Shown here piece by piece: positions 17,778 through 26,266 of a DNA stretch of 30,102 bases. The DNA comes from Promethearchaeota archaeon. Its GTDB lineage: Archaea > Asgardarchaeota > Lokiarchaeia > Sigyniarchaeales > SOKP01. The translations under genes and the position numbers were made by a program. The DNA lies in NCBI GenBank assembly GCA_048938855.1, contig JBHLLT010000028.1, positions 7,180 through 37,281 of the forward strand, read 5' to 3'. Numbering within the stretch: position 1 is the stretch's first letter; each line of letters starts with the position of its first letter. The notes beneath the pieces are model-generated. The model made no database searches. It was given only the letters and a program-made list of their open reading frames with translations, and had not been told where the DNA came from.

Positions 17778-17810
17778 TGTAAGATTAGGTTTATAAAAAT
17801 ATAAAACTTT
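17778..17810 (-). promoter_or_regulatory. Conserved promoter of GTPase paralog 1
   Basis: Plus-strand tgtaagattaggtttataaaaatataaaacttt is similar to 25916-25948. Each begins 41 nt upstream of its start codon and contains a minus-strand TTTTATAT box. Confidence 0.6.
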
Positions 17811-17904
17811 GTTTTATTGTTTTAATAATCCACCAAAAATAATAGACAAAGTCGGTAGAGAGTAAAAAAAAAAGTGTGAAGACAACAACCTAATTTTTTC
17901 TTAA

Positions 17905-18099
17905 AGGGTGGGATTGTAGGCAGCAAATCGCCCTAATTAGTAAGAATGTCTCGATTCTATACTTTAAAATCAGTAGATTGTTCTTCCTTAATTATAATAA
18001 GAAATAGAGAGCTCAAAATGTTGCCTGTTAGACAAACCATTGAGCTCTCTGCCAAACCTACAGCCCTACTCTCCCTCATTTGGCTGCCTATCTCTCCCA
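17905..18099. ncRNA. Putative structured RNA/DNA element of unknown family
   Basis: GC-enriched island. It has long-range complementarity between 17909-17928 and 18078-18099 and a perfect 11-bp inverted repeat at 18006-18016/18040-18050. Confidence 0.5.
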
Positions 18100-18189
18100 T
18101 TTTATACTGTTGTATATTATATGGAAATTTCAGAAAAATTTGAAAAACTCAATTAATACTTTAATATAAAATTAGCATGGATAGTCTTA

Positions 18190-18245
18190 TATGGATTTTT
18201 GTATAGAATTCCAAGTGGACTCCTATAAAAGTTTTGGAATCCATA
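18190..18245. promoter_or_regulatory. Palindromic operator-like element upstream of the wHTH-TPR gene
   Basis: TATAGAATTCCA-ag-TGGACTCCTATA (18202-18227, 10/12 palindromic) flanked by TATGGATT and AATCCATA. A TATA-like TTTTTATA follows at about 18248. Confidence 0.5.
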
Positions 18246-18298
18246 CATTTTTATAGAATTTACTCCACATTAAACTTGAAAACAAAAAAAAAAAACTT

Positions 18299-20245
18299 AT
18301 GTTGACAGATACAAATATAATCAATTACCCTCCTAAGGAAATTTTAGAACCCCCCTCTAAAATCAGTAAGCCAAATTTTGAACTAATTATACTTTGGATG
18401 TTAAATAACAATAATTTTTGTACAAGTGCAAACTTTTTAGAAATTAAAGATTTGAAGTCAAAACCTGTATTATCTAAATCAACTTTATATAATTATCTAA
18501 AAGGTCTAATTGAAGAGGATTATATAACTAAAAGTAAATATAATCATTACAAAATTAGTTCTAGAGGTAGAGATAGATTTTATGAACTATCTCAAGCTAA
18601 AAACAAAAAAAGAAAATTGAATTTTCCTCCAGATGTGATTCTAAGAAAACGTAACTATAATCATTGGATTCTCTGGATGTTATATAATAATACTTATTGT
18701 AAATGGGCTGATTTCTTAAATGATCCACTTAAAATAAATCAATCCTCATTATCTAAAAACATGAACTTGCTAATGAGTCAAGATTTTATCAGAAAAGAAG
18801 ATAAAGAATATAGGATTACGCAGTTAGGGAAAATTGAATATTCTAATATGTTAAGAGTCTACGATTTAGACAGGCAGTCAATCTTGGAGGAAGAAGGAAA
18901 AAGAATTAAGGAAATAACCATAACAACTATTAATTTTTTCAAGAAATTTAACATAAAAGATGAAGATATCCGATTTCGTTTTTTAAATAATGTGTTAAAA
19001 TTACCTTATGAGAAAGTTAAATCTTCTATAGATTCTGAAGAGGATTTTCATAAGATTTTATTATTCTTAGCTATAAATCACCCAGATCAATACCCATTTT
19101 ATATTTCTTCTGAGGACTTTTCTCAAGATTATAATATAAACCATGTTAAACTCAAATTTATTATCCTCCGAATTGTTGAGGAAGATATCTTTCCCATAAA
19201 ATTTTTCAAATTAGCACAAAATCAACGTGAAATCTATTATTTCCAGGAAAATGAAAAATTAGAAAGGATGCTAAATGCTATTGTGGAAGATCATATAACT
19301 AAATTTTCATATTTAAATAATCTTTATGAAGCTACTCCCTATGAAATATCTCCATTGACCATGGAAAGAACAGTTGCAGCGATTTTAGAAGAAATTTGTG
19401 TGAATCTGTTTGATAATGGATTAAAAGAATCATTGCGGAAATTTCTACCGGAATATCTTAATTATTTAGCATATAAAATTGAAAAGGAAAAGAAATTAAT
19501 TGATACTTATGATAAGTTAGAGGGACTAATATGGCAAGAAATACAAGTTTATAATTTTAAAAATGATTCAGGGAAAAATGAATTTAATAAAGCGCTTAGT
19601 GAAATCGATGAAGCTATTAAATTAGATCCAAAAAATGTTGATTTACACTATTCTAAAAGTAAAATTCTATATGATAATGGTGAATATAAACAAGTATTAA
19701 GTTATTTAAACCAAATGCTTACAGATTTTCCTCAAGAGGAGAAAAACATACAGGTAAAAAGAGCTTATATTCTTAAAGAGATGAAGGATGTAAAAACAGG
19801 ATTAGAAATCATCAATTATTTAGTTGGTAAATACCCGGAAGATGATGATCTTCGTAATTATAAAGCTTTTTGGCTGCAATATTTAAATAGAAAAGAGGAA
19901 TCTATAAAAATTATTAAAGATCTTATAGAACGAGCTCCTAATAATGCAACATATCATGATAGTTATGGTGAAATCCTAATGTTCTTCAAAGATTATGAAA
20001 ATGCTATTAGTGAGTTCCTTAAAGTAATAAATATTAGTAGTGGTGATTGGTACCTTTACCAAACCAATATTAAAGTTGGGATTTGTTATAGAGAAATTGA
20101 AGATTATGAAAACGCGATAGAATATCTCCAAAAAGGTAAAGAATTAATAGACAAATCCTCCAGTGATCTCGAAGAAAGAGCAAAATGGATTACGATCGCG
20201 AATTTATTCTTAGCTGAAATTGAACATTTAAAAGAGGAATTTTAA
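18299..20245 (+). CDS. Tandem winged-helix plus TPR protein (putative transcriptional regulator)
   Basis: Two internal repeats of the form N[YF]PP..I...ILWML.NN..C...FL...S[TS]L....L......Y.I[ST]..G, and C-terminal TPRs (YHDSYGEILMFFKDYENAISEFLK). Confidence 0.8.
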   Translation: MLTDTNIINYPPKEILEPPSKISKPNFELIILWMLNNNNFCTSANFLEIKDLKSKPVLSKSTLYNYLKGLIEEDYITKSKYNHYKISSRGRDRFYELSQAKNKKRKLNFPPDVILRKRNYNHWILWMLYNNTYCKWADFLNDPLKINQSSLSKNMNLLMSQDFIRKEDKEYRITQLGKIEYSNMLRVYDLDRQSILEEEGKRIKEITITTINFFKKFNIKDEDIRFRFLNNVLKLPYEKVKSSIDSEEDFHKILLFLAINHPDQYPFYISSEDFSQDYNINHVKLKFIILRIVEEDIFPIKFFKLAQNQREIYYFQENEKLERMLNAIVEDHITKFSYLNNLYEATPYEISPLTMERTVAAILEEICVNLFDNGLKESLRKFLPEYLNYLAYKIEKEKKLIDTYDKLEGLIWQEIQVYNFKNDSGKNEFNKALSEIDEAIKLDPKNVDLHYSKSKILYDNGEYKQVLSYLNQMLTDFPQEEKNIQVKRAYILKEMKDVKTGLEIINYLVGKYPEDDDLRNYKAFWLQYLNRKEESIKIIKDLIERAPNNATYHDSYGEILMFFKDYENAISEFLKVINISSGDWYLYQTNIKVGICYREIEDYENAIEYLQKGKELIDKSSSDLEERAKWITIANLFLAEIEHLKEEF

Positions 20246-20258
20246 AAAAAAAAAAAAA
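20245..20258 (-). terminator. Oligo-T terminator for pepF in a convergent gene junction
   Basis: Long plus-strand A-run just past the pepF stop at 20275. Confidence 0.5.
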
Positions 20259-20274
20259 TAAAAAGAAGTTAGTT

Positions 20275-22065
20275 TTATTCTTTTTCTACAAAGTTTTCTA
20301 ATTCATCTATTTTATCAGATAAGAATTTAATTCCTTTTTCCCAGAATGAAGGATCACTTAAATTGATGCCAATTTCAGCTAACATTTCTTCTGGAGAAAG
20401 TGAACTCCCAAGAGAAAGTAATTTAAGATATTTTGGAACGAATTTTTCCTTTTGTTCAAGATATAATTGATAAATTGAAATGACTAGAAGATTAGCCATA
20501 TTATACGCATAAACATAGAAAGGGACTTGAAGAAAATGAGGGATAACAAAACAATAATTTGAATATTCTTCATTAATATTCACTATCGAATTTCCAAACA
20601 TCATTTCCATTTCCTTTACAAAAGCATTTTCATATTCTTTAGTTGTAGGTAACTTTTGTTCCAATAAATTATGAATTACATTTTCAAACTTATAGAAAGC
20701 GTTTTGCCTATGGGAGGTACTAAAATTTCTTTCAATAAAATTGCATAACAATAATACTTTTTCTTCTTTGGAAAGATTCATATCCATTAAATAATCGAAA
20801 GTCAATATTTCATTGAATACTGAAGCAATTTCTGCAACAACAAGGGAAATGTCAATATTTATAAAATTTTGGTTTTGTTGAATATAATACGCATGAAATG
20901 CATGGCCAAGTTCGTGAGCTAAAGCACTTACAGAACTAACAGTATTCTCAAAATTGACAAAAACAAACCCGTAGTGTTTTTGTTTTCCATGAGCACAAAA
21001 AGCACCTCTATTTTTTCCTTGTCTCGGTGTTGCATCAATATGATTTAACTCAACCATTTTATCTACAATATTTTTAAACTCGGGGTAAAATTTAGTAACT
21101 GAATCTTTTATTAATGTTATAGCTTCTTGATAGGTGTATTTCCTTGTGACTTTTCCAACGGGACAATAGATATCAGATATATGTAATTCAGGAAGATTTA
21201 GAAGCTTTTTCTTTATAAAGTAGTATTTTTCAACAATATTATAACTTTCTGTTGTGACTTTTTCGACAACTTCAACAGTTTCATCGCTTATTTCATTTTC
21301 TAAGTTCCTTCTTGATATAGGTTTTTTAAAATTCTTCCGTTTGCTTTCTAAATCCCAATTTTTTAAGATATTATTATAAATATGGGTAAAAACCATTTCG
21401 TGTTCTTTATATTTACTCATCATTGTCTGTAAAGCTTTATATCGAAGATCCTTGTTACCTTGATACATATAAGAAAAAAGCTCAGCTTCAGTTAATTTCT
21501 TCATTTCATCATCTACTTCGAAATCGAATAAGAAACTACTTTTTAATTCACTATAAAGCTTTTGGAATCCACTAACTCCGGTAATATCTTTCATTAAAAT
21601 TATTTGTTCTTCTTTTTCTGAAAGTTGGTGAGCCTTTTTCAATCTATTGAATTTTAAAGCATGTTTATATTTTTTCAATTCTGGAGAATTAATTAATTCT
21701 TCAAATTTGATATCTGAAATTCTATTTAGCTCCAAATCAAAAAACAAGAGTTTTTCTTGAATTAGAACTTTAAATTCATCTATTTTAGCAAAAAAAGATT
21801 TAACATCATTGTTTAAACGATTGATTCTATAGAGTAATGATGAATAAGTATCGAAGTAAAATAGTTTCTCTAAAATATCCTCATACTGTTTATAAAATTC
21901 AAGGAGTTTTTTTGAAGTTAAGGAAGGGTCCTCCAATTTTCCTTTGATTTTTAAATTAAAATTTTCAGCTTTATTTTCTAATTCTTTAATATCTTTCTCT
22001 ATTTGTGGATCAGTTATCCCTGTATAGAAATCACTTAAATCCCATTTGATGATTTCTTGTGTCAT
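20275..22065 (-). CDS. pepF: Oligoendopeptidase F (peptidase M3B)
   Basis: N-terminal WDLSDFY, GKNRGAFC, zinc motif AHELGHAFH, AEIASVFNE and HF...FYVYAY. ATG at 22065 is preferred. Confidence 0.9.
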   Translation of the reverse strand: MTQEIIKWDLSDFYTGITDPQIEKDIKELENKAENFNLKIKGKLEDPSLTSKKLLEFYKQYEDILEKLFYFDTYSSLLYRINRLNNDVKSFFAKIDEFKVLIQEKLLFFDLELNRISDIKFEELINSPELKKYKHALKFNRLKKAHQLSEKEEQIILMKDITGVSGFQKLYSELKSSFLFDFEVDDEMKKLTEAELFSYMYQGNKDLRYKALQTMMSKYKEHEMVFTHIYNNILKNWDLESKRKNFKKPISRRNLENEISDETVEVVEKVTTESYNIVEKYYFIKKKLLNLPELHISDIYCPVGKVTRKYTYQEAITLIKDSVTKFYPEFKNIVDKMVELNHIDATPRQGKNRGAFCAHGKQKHYGFVFVNFENTVSSVSALAHELGHAFHAYYIQQNQNFINIDISLVVAEIASVFNEILTFDYLMDMNLSKEEKVLLLCNFIERNFSTSHRQNAFYKFENVIHNLLEQKLPTTKEYENAFVKEMEMMFGNSIVNINEEYSNYCFVIPHFLQVPFYVYAYNMANLLVISIYQLYLEQKEKFVPKYLKLLSLGSSLSPEEMLAEIGINLSDPSFWEKGIKFLSDKIDELENFVEKE

Positions 22066-22190
22066 AAAAGAGAAAATAAACAAATATTATTTGAATTTTA
22101 CTAGGGATTTTCAAATTTGCTAAAATAATTATTGAAAAATTTCCTCACAAATCAAAATGTAAAATAAATCATTTGCTATTAATATAAATA

Positions 22191-22667
22191 ATGACAAACA
22201 TTGAGATACCCTATAATAAGAATACTATTAATCCTATTGATGATTATACAGAGGTTAAAATAAGTGATATTCATGGATTAGGATTATTTGCTAAGAAATT
22301 TATTGCCAAAGGGACAATTTGGTGGCATGCACGCCCACAAGATGTACTAATTATTACAAAAATTCAATTCTTAACTCTAGATTCTTCGTATAAAACGTCT
22401 ATAACGAATAGCTTTATGGAGAATCTTCTTACTTATTCCTATTATGACAGAGATCTTGATGCTCTAATTTATTGCTTGGATAACTCTAGATATGTAAACC
22501 ATTCATTAAATGCTAATTCTGGAGCATCGGAAGATGAAAATGGTTTTTGCGCTGTTGCGATAAAAGATATTTATCCAGGAGAAGAAATTACTGAGGATTA
22601 TTGTAAATATACCTTCTGTTCATGGTTAAAAAAATACAAAAAATACTTTGATCCAAGCTGTTGGTAA
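22191..22667 (+). CDS. SET-domain protein (putative lysine methyltransferase)
   Basis: Motifs SDIHGLGLFA, RYVNHSLNAN and DIYPGEEITEDY. Confidence 0.88.
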   Translation: MTNIEIPYNKNTINPIDDYTEVKISDIHGLGLFAKKFIAKGTIWWHARPQDVLIITKIQFLTLDSSYKTSITNSFMENLLTYSYYDRDLDALIYCLDNSRYVNHSLNANSGASEDENGFCAVAIKDIYPGEEITEDYCKYTFCSWLKKYKKYFDPSCW

Positions 22668-22720
22668 AAATTTTAAAAAAAAAGAATTGATTTGTTAGCA
22701 TATCCCAAGTCTCTATACTA

Positions 22721-22972
22721 CTACGCTCCACCAGCCATTAGAATCAAAAACATTAATGCTATTTTCCATCCGCCTGCTAAGAGAAATATTCCAACAATTA
22801 ATGCAATAATTAAATAGCATGTTAAAAAGAAATTATCAGTTTTATTAACTAATTTCCCTTTACAGTGCGGACATTGATATTTACGATTAGTAGCTGAAAG
22901 TGGACTCCAATTGACTTTGACTTTGGGATAAACATATTCCTTACAGTTCACACAATATAGTTGTTTTACCAT
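22721..22972 (-). CDS. Small Zn-ribbon membrane protein
   Basis: CVNC...CPHC followed by a hydrophobic C-terminus with one or two TM helices. Confidence 0.65.
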   Translation of the reverse strand: MVKQLYCVNCKEYVYPKVKVNWSPLSATNRKYQCPHCKGKLVNKTDNFFLTCYLIIALIVGIFLLAGGWKIALMFLILMAGGA

Positions 22973-23414
22973 TTGTGTTCATAACTCCTATTTGTTAATT
23001 TTATTATAGGTAAACTTCGGTAAATAGTTTCTGATAAGTAACTTATTGCGAAGTATGAACTAAAAAGAAAGGAGTAGAATTTATATTATTAACTTATAAC
23101 TTAATTTTATGAAATTTATCAAGAAGATAAGATGGGTAAAAAACCTAAGAGAAGAAGAACAAAATATTAAAAAAAAATTATTTAATAAGTGCTTGGATAG
23201 AACTATATCCAATATTCCTTATGATTAATTGTGATTTTTCTTTGCTTTTCATTTTTATCAACCTTTTTTTTCTTATTCTTAATATGTATAGACTTCGATA
23301 TATAGTTTATATTATGGAACTTTTTGTGAAGTTCGAATATATGGGAAACAATTTAAATAGTTAATTAACCTAACTATCATTGAATAAAGAATTTAGTACG
23401 CGAGTTCATAAATT

Positions 23415-25307
23415 ATGAGTGTTATTAACCATCCTCCTGATGAAATTTATAAGACACCTAAATTTGGAAAAAAAAATTTCGAGCACATTATCCTTTGGAT
23501 GTTGAATAATAATGATGAATGTCAGTGGTCTGATTTTACTGAAAAACCATTAGAACTTCGTTTATCTACATTATCTAAATATCTTTCTATGTTAAAAGGG
23601 AGAGGCTATGTTGATAATTATGCTCGAGGCCATTACCGAATAACACCTGAGGGTCAAAAGAGATTTAACGAGATCTCAGGGGCTCTTAAGAAGAAGCGTA
23701 AGTTGAATTATCCTCCTTCTGTGATTATGAGAAGAAGAAATTATGATCATTGGATTTTGTGGATGGTATATAATAATAGTTATTTGAAATGGTCTAATTT
23801 TCTCGAAGATCCTCTCTCTATTAATCAATCTTCTTTATCTAAAAACATGAATTTGTTAATCGATAAAGGACTTGTATTGAAAGAAAATAAAAGATATCAA
23901 ATTACACAATCGGGTAAGTTAGAATACTCAAGGATACTCCAGAATTATGATTTAGATAGACAATCAATTTTAGATGAAGAGACTAAAAGGATTGAAGAGA
24001 TTACTAAATCAACATTAAATTTCTTTGAAAAATACAAAATCGAAAATGAAGATATTCAATTTAGATTCCTTAATAATGTACTTAGACTTGACTATACAAG
24101 AGTCAAACCGATGTTAACTGAAGAGGAAGAGTTCCATAAAATATTACTTTTCATTTCTATGAATCACCCTGATCAATATCCTGATTACATTGCACAGGAA
24201 GATTTTTCAAACATATATGGAATTAAGAAATCAAAACTTGAATATTATATTGACGAAATAGTAGAGAATCAAATATATCCCATAAAATTCTTCAAATTAA
24301 TTGTATCAAAAGACAAACAATATTACTTTCAGGAAAATGAGAGATTAGAAATAATGCTAAGAGCCATTACAGAAGATTATATCACCAAATTTAATTATTT
24401 AAACAAATTATTTTCAAGATCTTTAGATATCCGTGCCACTCTAGATAATATCTTAGAAGATATATGCAAAATGCTATTTAATGAGAAATTAAAAGAACCC
24501 TTAAGAGATTTTATGCAAGATTATATCAATTATCTGGCTTATAAAATCGAGGCAAAAGTTGAGTTAAAAGAAACTTATGATAAATTGGAGGGAATTATAT
24601 GGCAGGATATGATAGAGATATTTACTACCAAAAGTAAGGCCCCGGATGAGCAATTTGAGAAAAAGATTAAAGAGATTGACATTAAAATTAAGGATGATCC
24701 AGAAAATCTCGATTTATATAATTCTAAGATAGGGATTTTAATTTATTATGAGAAGCTTTATGATGTAATAGATTTGTTAGATGATATGTTAGAAATTTTC
24801 CCTGATTACGAATTAGATATAAAGATGAAGAAAGCATCAGTTCTCAGAAGATTACGAAAAATTAAGGCTGGACTAGATATAATTGATGACCTAATTAGCG
24901 AATATCCTGAAAACACAGATCTTCTTAATTATAAGGCGTACTGGTTGCATTATATGGATAAAAAAGAAGAAGCAATAGAAATATTGCAAAATCTTACTAA
25001 AAAAGTAACCAATAATGGGACTTATCATGATACATTCGGGGAAATATTGATGTATTATGAAGAATATAAAGATGCAGTTAATAAATTCCAAAAAGCAATA
25101 GAAGTGGCTGCAGACGAGTGGTATATTAATCAAACATACATTAAACTAGGAATTTGTTATAAGGAACTTGAAAATTACGATTTAGCTGTTGAAAATCTTA
25201 AAAAAGGTAAAGAATTAACAAAAAAGAGTAAAGCTGATGATGAAACAAAGCAAAAATGGCTCACAATTGCAGATCTCTTCCTGGCAGAGATTATGCAACT
25301 TGAATAA
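23415..25307 (+). CDS. Tandem winged-helix plus TPR protein (paralog of 18299..20245)
   Basis: Same double-wHTH repeat and shared blocks INQSSLSKNMNLL, YDLDRQSIL, NHPDQYP and TYDKLEG, plus C-terminal TPRs. Confidence 0.8.
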   Translation: MSVINHPPDEIYKTPKFGKKNFEHIILWMLNNNDECQWSDFTEKPLELRLSTLSKYLSMLKGRGYVDNYARGHYRITPEGQKRFNEISGALKKKRKLNYPPSVIMRRRNYDHWILWMVYNNSYLKWSNFLEDPLSINQSSLSKNMNLLIDKGLVLKENKRYQITQSGKLEYSRILQNYDLDRQSILDEETKRIEEITKSTLNFFEKYKIENEDIQFRFLNNVLRLDYTRVKPMLTEEEEFHKILLFISMNHPDQYPDYIAQEDFSNIYGIKKSKLEYYIDEIVENQIYPIKFFKLIVSKDKQYYFQENERLEIMLRAITEDYITKFNYLNKLFSRSLDIRATLDNILEDICKMLFNEKLKEPLRDFMQDYINYLAYKIEAKVELKETYDKLEGIIWQDMIEIFTTKSKAPDEQFEKKIKEIDIKIKDDPENLDLYNSKIGILIYYEKLYDVIDLLDDMLEIFPDYELDIKMKKASVLRRLRKIKAGLDIIDDLISEYPENTDLLNYKAYWLHYMDKKEEAIEILQNLTKKVTNNGTYHDTFGEILMYYEEYKDAVNKFQKAIEVAADEWYINQTYIKLGICYKELENYDLAVENLKKGKELTKKSKADDETKQKWLTIADLFLAEIMQLE

Positions 25308-25329
25308 TAATAGAATTAAGTTATTCTTA

Positions 25330-25875
25330 TTATGTTACATTTAAATTATTATAATATAATTTTTCTATTATTGTATTAAAGGCTTTAATTACTCCTTGTC
25401 CTGTTTTAGCAGAGGTAATATAATATCCGAGAAAGTTATTTTCTTTGACTAAATTTTGAATTTTGGTTTCAATTAAATTATCTTTATCAACCAAATCAAC
25501 TTTATTGGCAAATAAAATTACGGGGACATTACCACAGTGCTTTTTTAATTCATTATGCCAATTTGAAATATGATTAAAACTATCTTCGCCCAGATCATTC
25601 TCCTCAAGACTGTATACTATTATGGCTGCTCTACTCTCTTTATAAAATAAGGGATGAAGAAAATTAAAATCATCTTGTCCTGCTATATCCCAGAATATTA
25701 GATTAATTGTATTTCCATTAATCTCTTTATCATATCTAGAAAACTGGGCACCAATAGTCTTGATATAGTCTTTTTCAAAAGTACCTTTCGTAAATTTCTT
25801 TATTAGAGAAGTCTTACCTACTCCTCCATCTCCTATTATTGATATTTTAAATTCATATTCCTGAGGATTAGTCAT
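25330..25875 (-). CDS. Rab-like small GTPase (paralog of 17165..17737)
   Basis: Motifs GDGGVGKT, TIGAQF, WDIAGQD, NKVD and TSAK. Confidence 0.93.
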   Translation of the reverse strand: MTNPQEYEFKISIIGDGGVGKTSLIKKFTKGTFEKDYIKTIGAQFSRYDKEINGNTINLIFWDIAGQDDFNFLHPLFYKESRAAIIVYSLEENDLGEDSFNHISNWHNELKKHCGNVPVILFANKVDLVDKDNLIETKIQNLVKENNFLGYYITSAKTGQGVIKAFNTIIEKLYYNNLNVT

Positions 25876-25915
25876 TAGATAAACACATATATCTCAAATT
25901 ATATTATGTATCTAT

Positions 25916-25948
25916 TGTAAATTTAGGTATTGTAAAATATAAAATTTT
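25916..25948 (-). promoter_or_regulatory. Conserved promoter of GTPase paralog 2
   Basis: Plus-strand tgtaaatttaggtattgtaaaatataaaatttt matches 17778-17810. Confidence 0.6.
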
Positions 25949-26266
25949 AGCTAAATTTATTTAAGGAATAATATTAGTTCTTTATTTTTTAACCTATAAT
26001 TCAATTGATACCTTATTTTTTGTTATGAAAGTTTCTGTAATTAAAGTTTCAAGTATTGGAAAATATCTTACAAAAATTGATTGATTTAATTGAAAAGATT
26101 TAAGTAATTTTTGCTAAATTTTATCTTCTTTTTGGAATTGTTCTTTAAAATATTTTTACTTTCTGATGGGTATAACAATAATTTAAGTCTAGATGGCAAA
26201 TGTATTCACTTGATTTGGATTATAAAAATATGAATAGATTAAGCTAATATTATTTTAAATCTAGTG

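Noticed and set aside
17905-18099. Identification as SRP RNA, RNase P RNA, tRNA or cobalamin riboswitch
   Set aside because: The diagnostic consensus sequences (SRP helix 8, RNase P GAGGAAAGUCC/ACAGAA, cloverleaf, B12 box) were not seen on either strand.
17946-18143. 65-aa plus-strand ORF
   Set aside because: No SD or motif. It overlaps the structured GC-rich element, which explains the open frame.
20275-22065. PepF as the dedicated leader peptidase of the putative RiPP
   Set aside because: It is about 4 kb away, separated by unrelated genes, and is a common housekeeping enzyme. Nothing in the sequence links it to the cluster.
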